Source: Amoebophrya sp. A120 (taxonomy: Eukaryota > Protista > Dinoflagellata). From it: DNA of 64,000 nt. The notes below the pieces were generated by a model. The model worked only from the letters and a program-made list of their open reading frames with translations, made no database searches and had not been told where the DNA came from. The translations under genes and the position numbers were made by a program. The DNA is taken from the NCBI GenBank assembly GCA_905178155.1, contig CAJINV010000011.1, positions 2,838,485 through 2,902,484 of the forward strand, written 5' to 3'. Shown one piece after another: positions 50,701-59,600 of this stretch. Numbering within the stretch: position 1 is the stretch's first letter; every line of letters begins with the position of its first letter.

Positions 50701-51318
50701 TACGTCCCCACTGTCCGCCCCTCTGGTTATTTCTTCTGTTGTCCCCGCCTCGGCTTTTGTTTTGAATTTTCTATGAACTGCAAAAGTATCGTACTCGTAT
50801 AAATGCATGACAAATTCTCTCAGCATGAGAAATAAAATTTGTCATGCTGATTTACCTTACGAAAAATATTTGTAATGCAAGACCTGCATTTATACGAGTA
50901 CGATACTTTTGCACAGGATATTTTCTGAAAGCCACCCATATCCTGCCCCATGTGCGCCTTGGAGGCCAGGTATCAAAAGGAAAAATCCCCCCTCCCCATA
51001 TCGTCTGAAAATTTGTGATGCGGATTTGTGACCTCAAATCCTGTCTGTCTTGCAAGAAGGCAAATCCAGAAAGCGTTCCGCATTTTTCAGGCGGTTTGTG
51101 ATGCTGTTTGCCTCAGAGCATACACGTTTGTCATGCTAGGCGCCTACGTCAAACCTCTCGGCTGAGGCTTGACATATGCCTGCATTCCTCTACTGCAAGA
51201 CAAATCTGATTTGTGTATGGAAATCCAGCATCAGAAACTTCGTTTCGATATGGGGAGGGGGCATTTTTCCTCATGATACCAAGTAGGCCTGCATCATTGC
51301 CTCTTGACTGTTGTCCAT
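47787..51318 (-). CDS. EIF3L: Eukaryotic translation initiation factor 3 subunit L, multi-exon
   Basis: LYKELYYRHL, WLWEMLDEFLYHY, MLGEYDVALK, YFVAFSLFMSERYSD, VRNVLRMYSKISLAKL, DVNFSVKDGEVQI; two 5' introners plus several GT-AG introns. Confidence 0.88.
50772..50920. mobile_element. TIR introner, family B (reverse-complement homologue of 41431-41582)
   Basis: Direct repeat ttttc; junction FQKIQNKS in frame. Confidence 0.9.
50971..51278. mobile_element. TIR introner, family C
   Basis: Flanks ccagg / ccaag (1 mismatch); junction YLASKAH in frame. Confidence 0.88.
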
Positions 51319-52462
51319 TTTGGAATAAACTGATGTTTCTTTGAAATAGGGTGTAATTGTACGTTTAGAAAGTTAAAAACATGAAACGTTAACGTGGTGG
51401 GAAATCAATAAAGTGCTCCTTCTTCGAAAAAAGAGAAACACAAAGCATATAGTGGTGAAACGGAAGATGATGTATTTCACTATGTGCACAGTGCAATGAA
51501 AATCCTACTTCTAGCTCGGTTCGAACCCTGCTATACGAAAAATTGATGGAAATTTGTATTTTGTGAGAATGAAGATTGACAAATTTTTGAGAGCGAAAAG
51601 GAAGCCACATAGCAGGTCGGTCGAAATTAGTGGGCGGAAAAAGATCTTCGCAGCAATGAGGAAGAGTTCCAGAACGATCTTTCAAGATCGCGACTCAAGC
51701 CACGAAGTGGCCTTTTGCAGCGTGATGGATCTCGTCTTTTTGGGTGTACTACTTGATCTTCCAAAGAGTGGTGCAAAGCCAGTGTCACAGGCACTCTATG
51801 CAGGTGATCCATCGTCAAGCACAAAAATTAAAATTCAGGGCGATCTTTTTGCTTTGCGAGCTTTCTGTAGTTGGTTCGTCTTCGTGCTAAAAAAAATTGA
51901 GAATAACACACATCATCTGGCAATAGAACGTTTCTTCATTTTGCACTGGTGTCCTCGCATCAAGCAAGCAGCTTGCAGATTTACATTAGGGGTCTGCAGA
52001 CCACGGTGGAAACCAGTCGACAAGAGACGTCAACTCACTTTGGTACATTGTCATTGAAATCGAATTCGCTGCAAGCGTCTCACTAATTTACACAGGAGCT
52101 ATAGCTGCAAGGGTGCTGGGGCTCTTTGTAGTTTTTACGTGGTGGCAAAAACTTCTAGCTGTAGCTGCTTCTAGTATTACGGTCTCCGTACTACATTTCG
52201 CGTCTAAATATGAATCGACAGTTACAAGACCTCCTTACCCTTAGTAAGAATAGGATCTTTTTTAGGACTCGACTGACGCTTGTGCTTGATAGATAAATAG
52301 AAAAGGAAAACGATGTTCCTGAGCCTTAAATTGTACAAGGAAGAACTACTGCTCCTGGCAGGGTGTTTTTCAGGAACTAGGTCGTCTAGGTGTAGGTACA
52401 TTCTGAGTTGGGTTTTGGTATTCACATGATTAATAAACACATCAAGAAATATTTCCACTTCC

Positions 52463-55400
52463 TCACCGCAGCATAGCAGCCAAATCTCGTGTTTCCCCTC
52501 CGTCTCCTTGCGTCGAGGGCCTCGCGACGTGGGTGTAGTCGGTTTTCCGCAAATCGCCCGCGTCTCGCAACGTTTCCGCGCTGTCGTCGTATTCGGGGTG
52601 GGCCTTCGGCAAGTCCTGCTGGGCTTGTTCTGCGTCAGCCTTCTTACTGTCTCTGGTGCTCTTCCCGTCGGTCCCCGTTTTCGGCGGGACGGTGTAGTTG
52701 TGGTGCATGTCCAGAAAGTTAAACTTGCGCCGCTCCTGCAAGTGCTCCAACTCCTCCTTTTCGTGATCGCGGATAAAGTAGCAAAACGCGGCGATCAATA
52801 GTGCACCGAACATGAAAATGAGCAAGAACGCGTCGTCCACCCAGGAAAACTTGCGGGCGACGTAGGACGTTTGCTCGTACCCGACCGTGATATCGCCACT
52901 GGCAAGCGCGTCCTGCCCCGGCCGGAAATCGCTGTACAGCGCCGTGCAGACCGAACCGCGGATAGAGGTCTGATTTTCGATTTTGCAGTTGTGGTGTTAC
53001 GTTAGTGATTATGTGACGTGACGACGATGAGATAAGAAAGTAACAGCATGACACGCTACAGTTAGTACACAAAAACATCTTCGACGCAATTATACCCAGT
53101 AATTCAATCTCGATGATGGAAGCAGAAGAACTGTGCTTTCGTCTTCAACACGAAAGCACATCCTGTGCCTAAACACGTGAAGATCGTCCTTACCCCCTGC
53201 TCCCTTTCTTTTGCGGCGTAGATCGAGCTGAGCTGCGTGTGGACGAAATCTAGGCGGAACGTCGCGGTTAAGCCTCCGTTGTTACAGAGGTAAAATTTGC
53301 TGATGCCGGTGATTGCGTCTTCCTTCACGCACCAGTAGTAGTTGTCTTCGCAGAGTTGGAGCATGTTCGCCACATAGTTCCTCTCCTCTACGGGGTAGCT
53401 GCTTGGATAGTCCATGTGCTTCTGGTACACATCCTGTCGTGATAAAGGGTGAGAAAAGGGCATAGAAACAATCACAGAAACTACAATCTTCAACGTCGAC
53501 GAGCATAACCACGAGGCCCACAATTAAACCAGAAAAACAAAAAGAATTCCTACCACGAGCGCGTTTTTTTTCGCGAGGCTGCATTGGTAGCGGATTCGGA
53601 ACACGTTCTTTCGGTCCGGCAGTTGCGGTTCCAACACAAAGTAGAAAGACTCGTCCTCGTGCATGGGAAACACCTTCGTCTGCACGCCTCGTGCGTCCCC
53701 CACGTCGTAGGTCTCGCTGTTCACCATCACGTTGCCCGCGAGGCTGTCCAGGGTGGAGAACATCTTTTTGATCTCGTACTTTTTCTCGGCCACCACGAAC
53801 GGGTCGGCCCGCGGGACATTTCCCGCGTCCGCCAGCGTTTGCTCCCCGGAGGTACCCGCAATCACCTCCACATCCCGCGCATACTGCTGTTCCGCGGTTA
53901 AATTAGACGTTGTAGTTTGATTGTTCACGGGAATGGTGCGCACCCCGCCCAGCCCGGAGGCGAAGTTGGTGTCGCGGAACAGTTCCCCGTCCGAGTTTTG
54001 ATAGTTGTCCGGCTGCGGAAAGGACTGGGAGAACAGGGCGACTTTGATGCCGCAGTTGGGCAGAATTTGCACGTTGTACATCTGGAACCCCTGGAACTCG
54101 GTCGGCGGCACCAGCCAGGATGATTGAACGAGTTCTTGCGGACCGGAGTTTGTTCCGCTGCTAGAGAACGACGCATCGTCTCCTGTCGTAGTCGTGGTGG
54201 ACCACGCTGACCCAGTGTCTGAGAGCACGGCGCTGCTGCGGTAGAACCCGTTGCGCCGCTCAAGCTGGTCCACTGCGCTGTTAGTGCCTAGCAGTGCGGC
54301 GGCGGAACGTTGTTGGGGACTTGAAGATGAAGAATCCGTGGCAGAGGAACCGCCATTCGCGCGCGCAAAACTCGCCAGGGACCGCAACAGCCGCGGGCGG
54401 GGCGTGGACTTTGTCTGAGAGAGGTTGGAAATCGAAGTTCAAACATCAAACATGATCTTCTAGTATCGTCCGGTGACCTTTCAACGTTTTCATCACTAAG
54501 CGGCCTACGAAGGCGTCGCCTAATGTGCTTTGCATGAGTATCATTTCTGAAACACATCCCAAGAAACCAACTCTCTTACCTCGGCAAAGGCTATCTGGTT
54601 CCGCTGTGCCAAAGCGGTTGCGTTGCTGCTGCTACCGGAACTACTACTGGCAGCGGGGTTGTAAGAGTACGCTGTCCCGTCGCACTCCAGGAATTTCAGC
54701 CCGTTCAGGATATTTTCTCGATCCCCCGCGCAAACCGGCGTTGTCGAATTTGTCCCGCTTGTGCTGTCAAGGAAATGTCGGATTTCCTGCTGGATCTCAC
54801 AGCGGCAGTGCTTCTCGTTAGTTTCCGCCGTGGTGGAAAGCATAGCGGTGATCTGCGAGATGAATGTTAGTTTTTTTTTGGATTAAAGACAGCTGCATCC
54901 TCGTGGGCACCACTGCAGCACTAGCACATCGACATCTGCTCGGAATCAATCTAGGACTAGCAAACGAGTTAAGCCAGAGTGGCTTTGAATCAATGAATTA
55001 CACCAGCAGTGATTTCTTTTTAGTATTGATATATACCAGCATCGACGTGACGTGGCAGAGTGTTGCTTCCTGCGCCAAATAAGCCTGACAATCCTTGTTC
55101 GTTAGAATCATCACGTCTTGCGCACTGTGTCCCCGCCACCCGTTCCAGATGCACAGGTTCGCCAAGTCCGCCTCCACCGGCGGGCGCCCGAGCGTCAGTG
55201 CCGCGGCGCGGAAGTACTCGTTTTGTGCCTGCGAGCAGGTCGTGTACACCGACAGTTGCCGCTCGCTGTGTGCTCTGGTGGTCGTGGTTTGTCCGGAAAC
55301 GCCGGAAGAAGGTAAGACATCCCAGTCCGGGTTGCGACAGTCGCCCCGGGCAAGGGGATTGGCCACCAACGTGTAATACTCTTTCCCGGTGTTCTTGTCA

Positions 55401-56044
55401 GACGAAACGCTCGGACAGACCTTCACGGCCTCCGAAGACTCGCAGTTCCGGTCACCTTGGCAGTACAAAATTTGCACCCGCGCGTAAGGATTCGGCGCGA
55501 GCGCTTTCCCGTCGATGAAGGAGGACGGAGGGATGTTGTGGGCGGCGCGGCGGGACCGCTTAATTGTTTGATGGTGGGAGGAGGTTCTTGTTCTTGGAAG
55601 ACCATGTTCATCTACTCGTTGTGTTGACATGCTTGATGCAGGTATTGTCGGCCTAGGCTCGTGATGTCCTCCTCGTCGAACAAAGTGCTGGCGCTGATGA
55701 GAGACTGCGTCGAGACTGTGACTGAGATCTTCGTTGTGCGACGCTACTGCTCTCTCAAGTTCTTCTGTAGCAGCGTCTATTTGCAACATTTGCACATTGT
55801 CAGGTGCACGAGGAACCCCCGCGACGGGAATACTGGGGTACAACCCTGAGTCTTGTTGCGCTCCCACCTCGTCGACAGGTTGTTGTCCCGCCGTCGTACC
55901 TCCAGCAAGGACCACGTCTACCAGGAAATGCCGCTGCTCGAGCAAAGCGGTGGTGAGAAGGCCGACTAGGCGAGTCATAGTTGCGGAAATAGAGCAGGTC
56001 GCTCTACTCCTGCTTCCGGAATTTGCGAAACTGGTCCGGCGCAT
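52463..56044 (-). CDS. Hypothetical Cys-containing protein with a C-terminal transmembrane segment, multi-exon
   Basis: Series of minus-strand ORFs (348, 100, 287, 139 and 125 aa) separated by AT-rich gaps; hydrophobic N-terminal stretch and AFLLIFMFGALLIAAFCYFI near the end; junctions not all verified. Confidence 0.55.
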
Positions 56045-56615
56045 TTTGTTTCTACTACACCAGCGAGGTCAAGGATGAGATTGTTGGCGTCAGTGGAATC
56101 TTTTTGTTTTTGATACGTCGAGGTGTCACTGTTAAGCTGTTTCCTTGTAGCTGCTATATGAATTCTGTAGTACTTCTAGAAGTAGCCTAGCGTAGTTTTC
56201 ACAACTGATGTCATGGTCCTCGTAGACGATACATCATGGCAACGCCAATTAGAAATCAGTTGTCAACTACAACTCATCAAATTGTGTATACCACGATGGT
56301 TCGAAGATACGATTTGATTTTTTTTCAAACGACAACGATAGCCGCGACGACGACTACGAGGGCGAATAAGAAGACGAAAAGCGCGAATAATACAAAACGA
56401 CTGCGAGATCAAAAAGAGCGAAGAAATTCAGGATGTTCAGTTCTTCTTCTTCTGGGATGGAACCAGAAATTCGTTTGCCAATGAGAATGAACAATATCAC
56501 CACGACACACACCCGATCTATTTGAAGGGTGCCCGGTCTTTCAAGTATTCCAACTGTTTCTACTTGCTCTTGCAGTTGCATTGGCACTTCTACCTACCAT
56601 CATATAAATTCGTGC

Positions 56616-59600
56616 TCACTTTACAGCAACGACATGCACCGCTTGCGGTTTCCTTTCCGACCCGCCCGGACACAGAGCCGGCAGGGAATCTAAAAACTGC
56701 GGTACGATCCGTAACAGAAGTTCGCGGTAGATCCTCTTGTCCGCAAAGTTATCCAGGTGGACCTGCAGGCAGTCCACGTCGTTTAACACTCGTTGCAGTG
56801 CTTGGCCCTGCTTCTCGTAACGGTAGTTCCACCACAGGTGCGAAAACTTGTTCGCGGAGGAACGGGTGGTGTCGCCACTTGAAGTCTCGCTCCCGTCGAG
56901 GACCGCGTCTTCTTGCCTTGTATCATCGCCCGCACGACCAACATCCTTCTGCAAGAAGTGTGTCTCGAACCACGAGTGTGTAAATCCGCCGTTGTAGTGA
57001 TAAGGCAGGTTGTGGAGGAAGCTCCCGTAGGGGTGCGAGAGGAAAAACTTTCCCCCCGGCTTCAAAAGCCGGTGGATTTCCTGTATCGCAGCGATGGGCT
57101 TGGGCAAGTGCTCCAAAACCTGGTCGCACACGATTACGTCAATGCTGTTGCTTGGTAAAGGGATCGCAGTTATGTCACTTGTCACATCCAATTCTGAGTA
57201 ACCCTGTTTGTTGTGAATGGAGCTCGCGTAGGCGAAGGGGGAGAGTCCCTGTTGGTGCGCTTTTTTGTGGATTTGCTTGCCGCGCTCGTCCGCGTCCAGA
57301 CTGGTATCGTACTTCGACTACCGGAATTTAAGCACGGGGTCACAATTGTCTTCTTTTTGGGCTTGGTGCGCCTAGCCCGCATCGCTTGCGTTTGTGCCTG
57401 TTTTTGCACCTTTTTGCGTGCCTGATTTTCCGCCTGTTTCTGTAGCTGTTTCTGGGCCTGTTTTTGCGGCTGCGCCTGTTTTAGTGCCCCCCGAGCCGCC
57501 ACATTCATAGAAGAGGGCGCTTTAAGTGCCAAAGTGCCTCCTTCTACGATAGCGTCTAGTAGGCACATGCATAACACAACGCCGGGCAGTCTACAAAGCA
57601 CGCTCACGCACGCAGCGCCTGCCTGCCTCAAAAAAAATGGCGCGCGGAAGGGCATCGAAAAAGATATTCCGGGCGCGCTGAATGAATCAATCTGAAAGAG
57701 AATAGGTGCCCGGCAATCCACCTCTTCGGGCATGCCTCTACTCATCCGCCACAGGGCCTCCCAGCGCTGCAGAGCCCGCGGCGCCTTGAAGTGCCGGGGT
57801 CGACTGCTGGCTCTGGGTCAGCTTCTGCAACAGCTGCCCTGTCCTTTTGTTTGCACTACTCCATTGCGAGCGAAGGGCAACACTCGACCAACCGACCACC
57901 CAACCAGCCACCTCTCTCTCTTTGTTGCTAGAAGTCCTGCTGGGCCCACATCTTAATACCAAAAGCAAAGAGAAAGATACCTGCTAAGAGACGACCACTC
58001 CGTGGCGAATAAAGTTCTACAAAAATATTTGCACTTCAGAAGCATGGTCGTTCCCGATCATATCCGCCGGGGCTGGCATCCCGGCTGCTGACTTCAGCAG
58101 GCTGCTTACTTTCTGCTTCCTTTGACATGGACGAACAAGGGTGGGTTACATCTGCTTTTTTTCAAAAAGGTCTAACCCCCGCTAGTGGGTGGGCACTAGC
58201 GGGGGTTAGCTTCGGACGAATGTAACCCACCCTTGTTCATTTGTTCTAGGATGAACAAAGGTGGGTTACATTCGTCTGACCCTAACCCCCGCTAGTGCCC
58301 ACCCACTAGCGGGGGTTAGAACTTTTTGGAAAACAGACAACCTAACCCACCCTTGTTCGTCGGATCCAAATCATGGCGCTTCACATCGCCGGGTGGGCTC
58401 CGGCGATCAGGGTCGGCGAGCCTCCAAAGACATCAACTACAGAACAGATCTGCAGCGTACCACCCAGAATAAAATATGCCACCATGGTATGGGGCGCGGA
58501 TTAATATCGCGCACCAGGCCATGCTGCAGAGCCCTACTCCCGACGGAAAACTAAAGGGCTACAATGCGAATTTCGCACCCGCCATGCCGCGCGAAGGGTG
58601 AAATGGGACTGGGCATAACAAGTCACAACACAATACCTTGAGCCAAAAGCCTCCCACTGCAACACGCTTGACATCGATTTCATAATCCACAAGTCTCAAT
58701 AAGCGACGCTTCAGGTTGACATCAGTGCACTGAATGCCGAAAACCTGTCGCGCCAGATCTGCACACACTTAATTGAGACTTGTGGACTACAAGATCAATG
58801 TGTCAAAGCTTGCGATGTCGGCACTTTGGCTCAAGGTGCAATGGCGTGAGTTGCTACGCCCAATCCCTTTTCACCCCTCACGCGGATTGACAACCACAGC
58901 GACGCACCCAGGGGCCGCCCGCGTGGAGGACACGCATGCAGGAATTTTTGGCCCCCTAGATACAACCGGAAAAGTGCTTTGGTTTTTGCGCTGGAACCCG
59001 CGTCAAAAAGTAGAATTGTGATCCCGCGCTCGTCCGCGTCCAGACTGGTATCGTACATGCCAAAATCCTGCTTGAGGTAAAAAACCTTTTATGGCGGGAG
59101 CAAAGTGATATTTTTGAAAACAATAAAATTTTCGTCGATGGGTCTTGAGGTACTTGCGCTTACCATATTGAAAAGCAACGCAGGAAGAAAGCCGCAAAAG
59201 TATGCAGGGCAACTAGCTAGCGAGAAGAGGCGCGACTGAGCGGCATCAATTCGGGGGAAGGACGGCCCGGCCGGTCAATGTCGTGCTTTAGAATGATGCG
59301 CGGGCGGGTGATTGGGGGGCGCCATGATTTGCCTGCCGCGAAGACTAGTGCGGCAGCCGACCTGCTTGGCCTGGCAGAGATTGCGTGCCGGGTTCACTCC
59401 CTGCGCAACAATAAGGGGCCGCCGCTTTGCAATTGCCATGCAAATGAGGGACATGGGGCGGTGGCGCAGGGAAGCGCTTTGCACCGGGTGGGCCAGTCCG
59501 CAGGCCGCAGCGGCCCAATGAGGTGCGCGTAAGCTGCGGCCGTTCCCTTGCTGGAGGACCTCAGCCGCAAATGGGCGGGCTGCAACAATGTCGGCGCCGA

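Larger units (their letters stand above)
57313..59023. mobile_element. Composite insertion Y with a 33-bp target duplication
   Basis: Host exon sequence 57280-57312 recurs at 59024-59056; contains 12-nt tandem repeats, a foldback and two diverged coding fragments. Confidence 0.7.

Noticed and set aside
810-51278. Recurrent tctgggtctggaa repeats considered as a CRISPR-like array
   Set aside because: They are dispersed inverted pairs inside eukaryotic genes, not regularly spaced direct repeats, and no cas genes are present.
58635-58837. TTTTGGCTCAAG followed by GT (minus strand, ~58637-58648) and TTTGGCTCAAGGT (plus strand, ~58825), matching the 3' half of the dinoflagellate spliced leader
   Set aside because: The 5' half (CCGTAGCCA) is missing and both matches are the W-L-K-V codons of a peptide conserved by synonymous change, so coincidence is more likely than an SL RNA gene.
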